Source: Verrucomicrobiales bacterium (GTDB lineage: Bacteria; Verrucomicrobiota; Verrucomicrobiia; Verrucomicrobiales; V1-33). Taken from it: DNA of 64,000 nt. The position numbers were made by a program, and so were the translations under genes. The DNA is taken from positions 64,001-128,000 of the forward strand of contig JANOAV010000035.1 in NCBI GenBank assembly GCA_031411295.1. Reading direction: 5' to 3'. The notes beneath the pieces are model-generated. The model was not told the origin of the DNA. It was given only the letters and a program-made list of their open reading frames with translations, and ran no database searches. This document shows positions 48,425 through 57,720 of the stretch, in pieces; within the stretch, counting starts at the first letter, position 1, and the number at the start of each line of letters is the position of its first letter.

Positions 48425-50815
48425 TCACCGCCCTTGAAGGCGATAGAATTTCTTCGGCCCTGAGGGAGGGGCGGTGGCGGTCCAGGTCAGGATGCCACCA
48501 GCGGGCATGGTGTCAGTGCGCTCGATGGTGCTCCAGTCGAGCAGGTCGGTGGAGGAGCGGATGTCGTATTGTTCGCCCTGGGGACCGCTGATGGTGAGGG
48601 TGAAGCGATTCTGAGGATTGAAGCCGAACGCGGTGATCCTGCTGGAGAGGCCGGGACTGAAGCGCAGGAGGTTCCCGTTAGCCACCCAGATGTGACCAGC
48701 ACTGTCCAGCGCCACGCGGGAGGCGCCCTGATAGGTGCCATAGACTTTTGCGGGATCACCGAAGGAGCCGTCGGGCACGACGGTGGCAGGCTGGGTGTGG
48801 GCACTTTGATACCATGCGATGTCCTTCTGATCATAGCGGGAAAGGTAAAGGGTGTCGCTGGCACCGAGGCCCAGGCCGGAGACGAGCGTGCCAGTGGCCG
48901 CGTTGTTGGTGGTGAAGTTCGGTTGCAGCAGCACTCCGTCGGCGTTGCCGTTGTTCGGTTTATTCACCGCAGCTTCAAAACGCAGCACTCGCTCATTGCC
49001 CGTGTCTGCGACCCAGAGGCGGCCAGTGATGAAGTCCACTGCGAGGCATCCAGGAAAATAAAGACCGCTGGCACTGAGCGGATGCGTGCCGGCGGTGGTG
49101 AGATTGGACGCGCCTAACACGCCGGAGGCTGCCCCGCCGTTGCCGAGAGTGATCGGGCTGTCGAAGCGCAGCACGCGATGGTTGTTGCGGTCGGAAACCC
49201 ACAACCGGCGGACGACGGTCTGGAAGGTCGCATTAAATCCCCATTCCACCGCCAGCCCGGACGGAGTGTTGAGGCGGGACGCGCCCAGTCCGCTGCCAGC
49301 GGCAGTGAAGGTTGCCTGGCCGAGCACTTGGCTGGCCGCAGTGCCGCTGGCAATCGTGGTGGCATTGGCAAAGCGGAGCACACGATGATTGCGGGCGTCA
49401 GCGACCCAAAGGTTGCCGAGTCCATCGTAAGCCAGACTGCCCGGGCCGTCCATCTTCGAGGCCGTGGTGCCGCCAGTTGTGGTATTGAAATCAGGCTGCC
49501 CTAGCACGGCCTCGGGCACACTATCGGCTGTGAGTGATGGTGCCGCAGGGAAGCGGAGCACGCGGTTTCCAGAGGCATCGGACATAAAGAGTTTCCCACT
49601 GACGGACTCAACGAGCACCTCGTTGGCCCCAAGGAACGTGGGGCGTGCGAAGGACTTCCTTCCCAACACGCCGTCCGCATCCGTGCCGTTGCCTTTGGTA
49701 GCTGCATTGTCGTGGCGCACGACGCGGTTGGTGGTGTCACCAATCCAAAGGCGTCCGGCAAAGGCCGCAATGCTGGTCGGAAGCGTGAGGCCGCCCGCGC
49801 TTTCGGACATGCTGGCGGAGTTGAAGTCAATCTGTCCCAGCACGAGATCGGCATTGGCTCCGATCGCCTTGCTGCCTGCAGCCGTGAAATAGAGCGCACG
49901 ATGATTATTGAAGTCCGCAACCCACAGGCCGCCGTTGTCCATCGCAGCCTTGTAAGGCCGGTTGAGACGACTCGGGCCGCCCGCACCAGGAGTCGCGCCA
50001 TAGACCGACTGACCCAACAGCTTGTCGCTCGGAGCCCCATTGATTTTGGCCCCGGGATTGTTGAATCCAAGCACACGGTTGTTATACCAATCCACTACCC
50101 ACAGGCGCACTGTGGTGCCGCCGGAATTTTCCACCGCTAGACCAGTGGGTGTATTGAACTCAGTTTCGGTTCCGCCGCTGAATCCACCCGTCATGGAGGT
50201 CTGGCCCAACACCCCGTCGGCATTCACCCCACTGCTGCGGCTGGCGGCATTGTCAAAACGCAACACGCGGCTGTTTGAGGAATCCGCCACCCACAGCCGG
50301 CCAGCGGCATCCATTTCCACATCTTGCGGTGACTTCATGCGGTTGGCCGCCGTGCCGAAGTCTGTGGAAGTAAAATTTGGCTGCCCCAGAACTACGGAAG
50401 CTGCCGCACCGCTGCTGGCGGTGAGTGCATTATCAAAGCGGAGCACCCGGCTGTTTCCCGTATCCGCCACCCAGAGTCTGCCGCCAGCGTCCACACAGAT
50501 ACCCGAGGGATCATTCAATTGATTCGTCCCCGCCCCAGGCAGCAACTCATCCATGTCGGCGGCCCCAAACACCGCCTCCGCCAACCCGCCGTTCTGCAGC
50601 GATGCCGCCGAACTGAAGCGCAGCACACGGTGCCGCGCACCATCGGCCACAAACACTTTCTGCTGCACGGGATCCACTGCGATGTCCTTCGCAGAAAAGA
50701 GCCCTGCGGCTTCCATGCCGCCGATGACAAGGTCCGGGGTCTGACCGGAAGTGAAACCCGCCTGCGCAGTCGCAGTGGTAAGGAGTAAGGCGATAAGCAA
50801 TGCGAGTCTGTTCAT
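48425..50815 (-). CDS. Secreted NHL-repeat beta-propeller protein
   Basis: Signal peptide; repeated P.G..VD..GRLWVAD..N.RVLRF...A..VLGQ.NF units; C-terminal SSTDLLDW...KKFYRL. Confidence 0.88.
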   Translation of the reverse strand: MNRLALLIALLLTTATAQAGFTSGQTPDLVIGGMEAAGLFSAKDIAVDPVQQKVFVADGARHRVLRFSSAASLQNGGLAEAVFGAADMDELLPGAGTNQLNDPSGICVDAGGRLWVADTGNSRVLRFDNALTASSGAAASVVLGQPNFTSTDFGTAANRMKSPQDVEMDAAGRLWVADSSNSRVLRFDNAASRSSGVNADGVLGQTSMTGGFSGGTETEFNTPTGLAVENSGGTTVRLWVVDWYNNRVLGFNNPGAKINGAPSDKLLGQSVYGATPGAGGPSRLNRPYKAAMDNGGLWVADFNNHRALYFTAAGSKAIGANADLVLGQIDFNSASMSESAGGLTLPTSIAAFAGRLWIGDTTNRVVRHDNAATKGNGTDADGVLGRKSFARPTFLGANEVLVESVSGKLFMSDASGNRVLRFPAAPSLTADSVPEAVLGQPDFNTTTGGTTASKMDGPGSLAYDGLGNLWVADARNHRVLRFANATTIASGTAASQVLGQATFTAAGSGLGASRLNTPSGLAVEWGFNATFQTVVRRLWVSDRNNHRVLRFDSPITLGNGGAASGVLGASNLTTAGTHPLSASGLYFPGCLAVDFITGRLWVADTGNERVLRFEAAVNKPNNGNADGVLLQPNFTTNNAATGTLVSGLGLGASDTLYLSRYDQKDIAWYQSAHTQPATVVPDGSFGDPAKVYGTYQGASRVALDSAGHIWVANGNLLRFSPGLSSRITAFGFNPQNRFTLTISGPQGEQYDIRSSTDLLDWSTIERTDTMPAGGILTWTATAPPSGPKKFYRLQGR

Positions 50816-50890
50816 GGTATGAATGAAGTTGCAGGAATTCTCCTGTTGGTTTGGGTTTTGCAGTGATTGAAGAAATGGAATCCAAAGTGA

Positions 50891-51048
50891 TGTCGCGGCC
50901 TGGCACTGTTACTTTCCGTGGTTCCCCGGATCCCTCACACGAGGGCTCCCGGCGTGGCGCGGATTGCTGATGCCCACCAAGGTTAATCAGGTCCGCGCAA
51001 TTCTCCGCCTAGAGGTTAGGCAGAAAGTGCAGCGCCAGGCCGCGACAC
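50891..51048 (-). ncRNA. Candidate structured 5' leader RNA, copy 2
   Basis: Same fold as 47969-48128, with structure-compatible substitutions. Confidence 0.6.
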
Positions 51049-51091
51049 TCAGTTGGTGTAAGGCTAGCTTCCCACACCTGGCAGAAAACGG

Positions 51092-51186
51092 GTATCGGAC
51101 CTCAGTCGGATACGTTGCTGCTGATTAGCTGTTAGATCATCCGACTTTAGTCCTAGAAGCCCGTGTCAATTCCGACCTTGGTCGGA
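51092..51186 (-). promoter_or_regulatory. TCCGAC-box promoter module C (three boxes)
   Basis: Boxes 51092-51112, 51139-51156, 51171-51186; spacings 45 and 31 bp. Confidence 0.75.
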
Positions 51187-51253
51187 GCAGCCAGCCTGAC
51201 CAGTCCGGTGCCAGTGACTCCGAATAAAGTCCTTTTTCACCTTAGCCAGACTA

Positions 51254-51511
51254 ATGCAGGATGTGACCTCCAATGCGATGCGGCAGCGCGTTGCCAAAGC
51301 CATAGATCTTGCGGCCCTGCCACACGTGCTTCGAGCCGTGCTGGATGCTGAACTCGCTGCTGGCAATGCACTGGTGGCGGTGGAGCACGGCTTCCCGGCA
51401 GCCCCGTGTGGCGCGGTGTTTAAGCTCGCTTCCCCACTGCGCTCCAGAGCACACAGTTCAGGCGGTGGCATCAGCTATCGCGAACTCTGCCCCCTCATTG
51501 GCGAAAGTTAG
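51254..51511 (+). CDS. Small hypothetical protein, possibly truncated
   Basis: Protein-like LRAVLDAELAAGN...HGFPAAPCG stretch filling the intergenic gap. Confidence 0.4.
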   Translation: MQDVTSNAMRQRVAKAIDLAALPHVLRAVLDAELAAGNALVAVEHGFPAAPCGAVFKLASPLRSRAHSSGGGISYRELCPLIGES

Positions 51512-51527
51512 CGAGCGTGCGTGCGGC

Positions 51528-52073
51528 TTAGGCACGACCAAGATAAACCGAGCGGATGAGCGGTTGGCTCGGCTTGGAATCCAAGAGGACCACCTGAGTC
51601 CCATGATTTTTGGCCAGGCCAAAAACAAAGCCGGAGGAAGGAAGCCGGAGGCGCACCGTCCGTTGCGCGCCTTGGTAGGTGTAACGGATCCACGCATAGT
51701 AGGAATGGCCAACCGTTCGACTAATCGGAGAATCCTCAACTTCACGTCGCACCTCCACTGCCTCCAGATCATCCACCATTGCACGGATGATATTTCCCTG
51801 CGTTAGAATGCGCTTCACCAGCAAATAACGCCGCACCAAAAGGATCAGTCCCAGAAAAATCATTCCGCTCGCTGCCAGCGTAGCATAGTGCGTTAAGGAC
51901 ATATCAAAGTCCCGATCGGCTGACGCGGGAGCCGCTGCGATGGATGGTGAGATCCACTTCATCCCAGCGGCCAGGACTACTCCGGCCAGGCATAGTTTCC
52001 CGGACCGTCGCAGGGGAAGATCTACGAAATACAGGGATTTAAAACTGGGGAGGGACTGGGTTTCAGGGTTCAT
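51528..52073 (-). CDS. Hypothetical membrane protein (2 TM + DUF3592-like beta domain)
   Basis: Two hydrophobic helices, then YYAWIRYTYQG; start MNPETQ lies downstream of box module D. Confidence 0.6.
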   Translation of the reverse strand: MNPETQSLPSFKSLYFVDLPLRRSGKLCLAGVVLAAGMKWISPSIAAAPASADRDFDMSLTHYATLAASGMIFLGLILLVRRYLLVKRILTQGNIIRAMVDDLEAVEVRREVEDSPISRTVGHSYYAWIRYTYQGAQRTVRLRLPSSGFVFGLAKNHGTQVVLLDSKPSQPLIRSVYLGRA

Positions 52074-52128
52074 GGCTATGGAAGCTCTTGGTGGCGTGGG
52101 TAATCTTTCCACCACCGGACCAAATAGG

Positions 52129-52191
52129 GTATCGGACTTCAGTCGGATAAAGCAACGTTCTGCGGTATCGGGCATCCGACTAATGGCGGAT
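52129..52191 (-). promoter_or_regulatory. TCCGAC-box promoter module D
   Basis: Boxes 52129-52149 and 52174-52191; spacing 43 bp. Confidence 0.7.
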
Positions 52192-52241
52192 GCTACCCAA
52201 TTGTTCCCATCCCAAAGCGCAACGGCCAAGCGTTGGATCCT

Positions 52242-55200
52242 TTAGTTCCATGCCGGAATCCGCACTGTGAAGGTGGTGCCTTCCCCAAGTTTGGAGTGCA
52301 CTTCCAAGGTGCCACCATGTAGTTCCGTGCACCGCTTGCAGAGCACCAAACCGAGGCCAGTGCCGGCAATGTTACCGACGTTACTGGCTCGATGGAAGGC
52401 TTCGAAGAGCTCTGGCAGGTCGGCCTCCGGGATGCCGATGCCACTGTCCCGCACGGTAAATACCGCCATGCTGCCATCGCGTCGTGCGCTGAGATGCACT
52501 GCCGATCCTTCTGGAGAATATTTCACCCCATTGCTAAGTAGATTGGTGAAAATATGGCGCAGCAGAGCCTCATCCGCCTGGGCTCCCGCAAGTTCACTTT
52601 CCGCAGTCCAGACAATGGGACACCTGCCGTTTGTCAGAGACCATTGCTCGTCAGTGACCTTGCGGGAGAAGGCATTCAGATCCAGCGGAACCGGCTTGGA
52701 ACCGAGTTTGCCAGCATCCACCCGTCCCAAGACCAGCACCTGTTCCATGAGGCCAGCCATATTACGCGTGGAGGAATGGATGTCCTGGAGCAATTGTTTT
52801 TTCTCCTCCGGCGGAAGGCGATCCTCATAGTGTTGCAATAGTTCAACTGCGCTCATCGTGATGCCCAGCGGAGTGCGGAATTCGTGACTCACCGTGGTCA
52901 CAAATCGATTTTTCAGCTCATTGACCTCACGCTCTGCGGCAAGCTCGCGTTCCTTTGATGACGCCAGATCCACCGCTTCCACGAACTCGCTCGAGAGCCG
53001 CTTCTGGCGACGAAAGAGCGCCACCCCAAGCAAACTAGCAGCAGTAGCGGAAACGAGACCAAGGACAATGGGCAGCAGGCCGGAGTTACTGGTTTCTGAT
53101 TTGTTGGTAAGATGATTTGCAATCGGTGAACCAGCCGTCCAATCCAGACCAAGTTCAGCCAGATGATCCCGTCGCAACGCGCCCAGATTGATGACGCGAG
53201 CATTTCCCCCCGGCCCCGTGGCGAACATGCGTGAGGCATCGGCAGAGAAACGCAAGCCTGTTAGCGGGTAAAGTCCCGGCACTTGAAACGATGCCAGTGA
53301 CTTGCCATTGCCAGCGCTGGCGATCTCCGCGCTGTCCAGATCGCCAGTCCATGCGAGCATGGTGCCATCTCCCGAAAATGCTGCGGCCCCGAGAAATCCT
53401 GCCAACGATGCCGGACGGGCCACGGACCAGTTTTCCTGCCATGACCCCACCGACCACAGTTGCACGTTGCGGACGCCAATCGTCACCAGCGAACGGCTGT
53501 CCGGGCTGAAGCACACATGCGCCACCGGACAAGGCAGGCGCGCTACTAGCTTGCCCGTGCCCGCATCCCAAATGGTGGGATCTCCCGAAACCGTGTCGCG
53601 TCCAGCCACGACCCATTTCCCATCCGGGCTGATCGCCAGCGCCCCGGAACCCAACGCACTAGCCGGCCCCGGCAAGTCCTGAGGAAAGCGCGTCCCTTGT
53701 TCCAGAGCCAAGGGCGCGGAAGGGTCCGCCATTTTCACGACATAGAGCTGGCCATCACTGCAGGCAATGGCCGCAACTTTTCCAAGATCGCTAAACGCTG
53801 CCATCACGGGAGTCAGACCAGCCGGCAATGGAATGCGACCGGCCTCCGGCAAACCTCCCTTCGGCAAGTTGGCAAGATCCGGCCATTCGTGAATCGTGAG
53901 CGCTCCCGGAGCGCTGAGCCAGATGCGATTGGTGCCAGGCAAAAATCCAGCGCAAACCTTGCGTCCAAGCGGCAGCAAGGCCTGCAGGGAACGATCCGGC
54001 TCAAAAAGCTCGAGGGAATGCGCCCCGGTCCAGATGGGCGGAGACCACAACGCGCGACGACCATCAGTTGAGAAATCCTGCTGCCAAATGGTGGCCCCGT
54101 CCGTGTAGCGTCCTTGCAGCAGCGTATCTGATGAAGGTTGCGCCACGCGCCAAACGCCAACTTTCTGCTTCGGAATACCCCAGGCGATGCGATCCCCGCG
54201 TCTCGATATCACCACCCCGCGAGCCGCATTCGACTGACACAACAGCTTGGCGGTGGACACATCCCAGAGACTGGTTACTCCGTCCAACCCAGCCGTAAGC
54301 AGCAGTGAACCATCCTCATTGAAACGCTGCACCCACGGCTGCACGGTGCGACCACCCAGCTGCAGTAACCGACCCGAGGCGGCCTCCATGAGGAAGAGCG
54401 TGGCATTCCCGCAACCAAATGCGAGACGGTCCCCACGCTGATCCCAATCCAGCGTCTTCACAGAGGTCGGAGCTAGCGCCGTGTGTTTCACCGCACCCGA
54501 GACCGCATCCAAGAGAAAAACTTGCGCCCCTTGAAACCATGCCAGCAGATCTCCGCGTGGGCTCACCGCCACTTGATTCTGCGGGCCGGTATATTTCAAA
54601 AGATCCGGCATAGTGGCGGGCCGCCGTGGCTGTTTACTGGCGATATCATAGAGCACATCAGTTCCCTGGGAGCCGGAAAGGGTGATTCCCATCGTCAGAT
54701 CATTCGCAGTAAAGGTAGGCGGCCACGAGTAGTTTGCGGACTTCGCATCCATTCCTAAAATGCAGACCGTGCTCCCCTTATCACGCTCGAACAACACCAG
54801 CGGGCCCTTTTCATAACGCACTGCGAGATACTTCCCAGTGGAGGAAAACTGAAAGTCCATGGCTGCACATTCGGCCGGCACTTCCGGCGGGCGGGGAAAA
54901 TCCCTAACCAGAGCATTATCTTCCAAGCGAAACATCGAAACCACGCCCAACTGGTAGCGCGTGACATAGTGCTCAAGCTCTGGATCGAACGCGAAGCCGC
55001 GGACATTTTCTTTCAAATCCCACGCCACCTCGGTTTCAAAATCCAGGGATCGCAACGCCGCGATCGCTTCGTTTCGTAACTCCACAGAAGGTCGGATGGC
55101 CGCCGCCGCCCGCACTGCGCCCAGCGCGGCCGCACGATGCCCTGCCTGCGGGTTGGTGCGCTCCGCGCTGGCCCGCGCCAGCGACACGCCCCAAAGCCGT

Positions 55201-55409
55201 TCGGTGGCCTCACTCTCCGCCTGCTCGGCTCGCAACTGATGCCGCCCACTGCGAATGGCGAAATACACTGCCAGGCACGCCAGGCCCAGCGCCACGAATA
55301 GCAGCAGCCCCAAAGCACGATTCGCGCGCAGCAGATCAGCCTGCACTTCATTGCGGCGTTTGGTCAAGAGTTTGGCTTCTCTTTGGTTGGCGGAACCTTT
55401 TATTTTCAT
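52242..55409 (-). CDS. Orphan sensor histidine kinase with an extracytoplasmic WD40 beta-propeller
   Basis: TM, WD40-like repeats (FSSTGKYLAV, DGSLLLTAGLDGVTSLWDV, FSPDSRSL), TM, NRFVTTVSHEFRTPL, HATPase boxes. Confidence 0.9.
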   Translation of the reverse strand: MKIKGSANQREAKLLTKRRNEVQADLLRANRALGLLLFVALGLACLAVYFAIRSGRHQLRAEQAESEATERLWGVSLARASAERTNPQAGHRAAALGAVRAAAAIRPSVELRNEAIAALRSLDFETEVAWDLKENVRGFAFDPELEHYVTRYQLGVVSMFRLEDNALVRDFPRPPEVPAECAAMDFQFSSTGKYLAVRYEKGPLVLFERDKGSTVCILGMDAKSANYSWPPTFTANDLTMGITLSGSQGTDVLYDIASKQPRRPATMPDLLKYTGPQNQVAVSPRGDLLAWFQGAQVFLLDAVSGAVKHTALAPTSVKTLDWDQRGDRLAFGCGNATLFLMEAASGRLLQLGGRTVQPWVQRFNEDGSLLLTAGLDGVTSLWDVSTAKLLCQSNAARGVVISRRGDRIAWGIPKQKVGVWRVAQPSSDTLLQGRYTDGATIWQQDFSTDGRRALWSPPIWTGAHSLELFEPDRSLQALLPLGRKVCAGFLPGTNRIWLSAPGALTIHEWPDLANLPKGGLPEAGRIPLPAGLTPVMAAFSDLGKVAAIACSDGQLYVVKMADPSAPLALEQGTRFPQDLPGPASALGSGALAISPDGKWVVAGRDTVSGDPTIWDAGTGKLVARLPCPVAHVCFSPDSRSLVTIGVRNVQLWSVGSWQENWSVARPASLAGFLGAAAFSGDGTMLAWTGDLDSAEIASAGNGKSLASFQVPGLYPLTGLRFSADASRMFATGPGGNARVINLGALRRDHLAELGLDWTAGSPIANHLTNKSETSNSGLLPIVLGLVSATAASLLGVALFRRQKRLSSEFVEAVDLASSKERELAAEREVNELKNRFVTTVSHEFRTPLGITMSAVELLQHYEDRLPPEEKKQLLQDIHSSTRNMAGLMEQVLVLGRVDAGKLGSKPVPLDLNAFSRKVTDEQWSLTNGRCPIVWTAESELAGAQADEALLRHIFTNLLSNGVKYSPEGSAVHLSARRDGSMAVFTVRDSGIGIPEADLPELFEAFHRASNVGNIAGTGLGLVLCKRCTELHGGTLEVHSKLGEGTTFTVRIPAWN

Positions 55410-55473
55410 GTGATTGAGATCTCACGGTTAAGACCGGACCTTCAGAGCCTCAACTAGATTTATATCCTCTGCC

Positions 55474-55569
55474 ATCCGACTAAAGTCGGATACGGAACTG
55501 AAATGCAGGACCAAAGTCGGATGCTCCAGGCCCCTCTAGCAGATCCCTTATCCGACCATGGTCCAATAC
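55474..55569 (+). promoter_or_regulatory. TCCGAC-box promoter module E (three boxes) in the divergent region
   Basis: Boxes 55474-55492, 55506-55522, 55549-55569; spacings 31 and 45 bp. Confidence 0.75.
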
Positions 55570-55687
55570 CACAATCAGCAGAATTGTGGAAGGATGAAAC
55601 ATGCAGCAAAACACTCAGCTGCTAACTCCGCGACTAACAAAGCGCAATTTCACTTCAACCATCAATAATCCTTACCATCATAACCTT

Positions 55688-56095
55688 ATGAACCATACCA
55701 CCATCGAAAACCAACTCGCCAAAGCCCGTCGTTTCCAACTGAATCTGGAGGAGGCACCTGCTTTCGGTGCGGGCTCCATGCCAGCCTCTGAAGAGCGCAC
55801 CTTCGCCATGCTGGCGCATCTGTTCCCACTCATCGTGTGGCCTTGGAAACGCAAGTCCAGCTCGGCTGTGGATGCCCACGGCAAAGAAGCGCTGAATTTT
55901 GCGATTACCGCCCTGCTCATCATTTGGCCCATCGGATTCATCGCAGGCTTCTGCGGCGTGACCGTCGCCAAAATTGTGGCCCTGGGCACCAGCGTGCTGA
56001 GCCTAGGCCTCCTGGCATTGGTCGTCTGCGCCATGATTCAGGCCGGCAAAGGAAGGCTCCTCCGTTATCCCATCAACTTCCGCTTCATCAAATAA
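55688..56095 (+). CDS. DUF4870-like membrane protein
   Basis: EERTFAMLAHL, HGKEALNFAIT and RYPINFRFIK motifs. Confidence 0.8.
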   Translation: MNHTTIENQLAKARRFQLNLEEAPAFGAGSMPASEERTFAMLAHLFPLIVWPWKRKSSSAVDAHGKEALNFAITALLIIWPIGFIAGFCGVTVAKIVALGTSVLSLGLLALVVCAMIQAGKGRLLRYPINFRFIK

Positions 56096-56147
56096 ATCAA
56101 CTCACTCAACTAACCTATAAATCAAAACTCCTAACCTTCACCATCCT

Positions 56148-56663
56148 ATGAAAAACACTACTATTAAACACCCCCTCATCGCCCTCCTCAGCCTCTCCAG
56201 CATTACCGGGCTCACCAGTTGTTCCGAAAAGGCCACTGCTGCAAACGGTAAGGCTGCACCTACTGCCGACAAGGCTGCAGGCAACACGGAACAAACCTTT
56301 GTGGCCGCCTTCCGCACAGCTTTGGAGAAAAACGACAAGAAAACGCTGGATTCATTTCTCCTGAAGGATGGCACTCCCGCGGAGATCGTGGAATTCTTCA
56401 CCATGATGATGGACCTGCCCGCGGGCATGAAGATTGAAAGCGTCGAATTGGTCACTCCAACTGCGGAAGAGGCAGCGAAATACAACAAGGCCATGGAAAT
56501 GCCTGATGGCAAAAGCTACAAACTGCCCGTGACCCCCACGAAACAACTGGTGATTATCATGAAAGAGGAGGGAGCCAATGGCAGCGGCACCTCCAAGTCA
56601 TCCCTGCCAGTGGCGGAGAAGGACGGTAAGATCGTCATCCCCCTGCCCGTGCCTGCCGCATAA
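56148..56663 (+). CDS. Hypothetical lipoprotein
   Basis: Signal peptide with lipobox LTSC. Confidence 0.75.
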   Translation: MKNTTIKHPLIALLSLSSITGLTSCSEKATAANGKAAPTADKAAGNTEQTFVAAFRTALEKNDKKTLDSFLLKDGTPAEIVEFFTMMMDLPAGMKIESVELVTPTAEEAAKYNKAMEMPDGKSYKLPVTPTKQLVIIMKEEGANGSGTSKSSLPVAEKDGKIVIPLPVPAA

Positions 56664-56695
56664 CGAATAACGGAATCCAACGAACGTCTTGCCAA

Positions 56696-56727
56696 CCGTC
56701 GCCACCCTGCTCCCAGGGTGGCGGCGG
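56696..56727. terminator. Strong intergenic hairpin (attenuator or stability element)
   Basis: CCGTCGCCACCCTG-CTCC-CAGGGTGGCGGCGG; no U-tract. Confidence 0.4.
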
Positions 56728-56772
56728 CCACCGCTGGGATAAGCCACCTCATCACGAAAGCTCCGCTGATCT

Positions 56773-57264
56773 ATGAAAACCGCCACCCGCCAACAAACAA
56801 TTTTTCGACGCATCATCGGCACGTGCCTGATTGCCTTCGCCCTTGTCGGCATTACCGCGCTTTGCCTGAAGGAAATCCCGCTGGCTTTCTTTGGGATGCA
56901 CGCCACTGGTTTTGTGAAACAAGTGGAAGTCATCCAGACGAGCACGGCTTCAAAATGGCGCTACAGTCAACCGCAAAGCCGCAGTGGCTCCACCACGATC
57001 ATGCACATGGTCCACACGACCACGGAGGGGAAACCGATTGAGAGCAAACACACCGCCACGTTCCACACCGAGGCCAAAGTAGGTGACGAGCACGAATTAA
57101 TTTATCTCCCATGGCATCCGCAGCGCGCCATGATCTATAGCGCCAAGCAACTGTGGTTACCCATGACGACCGGAGTAATCTTTAGCACCATCTGCCTGTT
57201 TCTGGGCCTGCGGTGCTTCCGCGCCAAGCCCTTCTTCCCCACCCCGAAAGGATTCCAATCCTAA
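56773..57264 (+). CDS. DUF3592-like membrane protein
   Basis: TM, ATGFV...KVGDEHELIYLPWHPQRA, TM. Confidence 0.7.
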   Translation: MKTATRQQTIFRRIIGTCLIAFALVGITALCLKEIPLAFFGMHATGFVKQVEVIQTSTASKWRYSQPQSRSGSTTIMHMVHTTTEGKPIESKHTATFHTEAKVGDEHELIYLPWHPQRAMIYSAKQLWLPMTTGVIFSTICLFLGLRCFRAKPFFPTPKGFQS

Positions 57265-57602
57265 TGATCAAGACCGGAACCATCCCACAGGTATCCAGCG
57301 CCACCGCTTTCACTCCCGCTCTTCCAGCAAAAGAAATCGTGACCGCGAAACAACACGCCGCCTTGTGGACCGTGATCCTCGTCCTGGTGGCCATCACCAG
57401 CGCCATGGGATGGCTGGTGCTGCGTGGTATCGAACGCGGTGAGACCGTCATGCCTTCCAAACACGCCTCACGTCAACGCCCCCTCATCCGAAATCAAGCA
57501 CCAGCCTCCTTCTGGGGTGCGCTGAGTGTTTACACCTTAGTCGGCCTCAGCACTGGCGCTGGCAGCCTGTGGCTCATCCGCATGGCATGGCGGATCAAGT
57601 AA
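57264..57602 (+). CDS. Small hypothetical membrane protein
   Basis: TAATG coupling with the upstream gene; two TM helices. Confidence 0.65.
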   Translation: MIKTGTIPQVSSATAFTPALPAKEIVTAKQHAALWTVILVLVAITSAMGWLVLRGIERGETVMPSKHASRQRPLIRNQAPASFWGALSVYTLVGLSTGAGSLWLIRMAWRIK

Positions 57603-57645
57603 ACAGGCAGTGATTCGCGAAGAATTGCGGATGTTGGCGGCGGCG

Positions 57646-57664
57646 TATCCGACTAAAGTCCTAG
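57646..57664. promoter_or_regulatory. Single TCCGAC box upstream of the second WD40 kinase
   Basis: TATCCGACTAAAGTCCTAG. Confidence 0.65.
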
Positions 57665-57720
57665 GTGCCGGGTGGGGGTTGGGCTTGCGGCGGGTGGGGG
57701 TCGCTGCGAAGTTATTGGCT

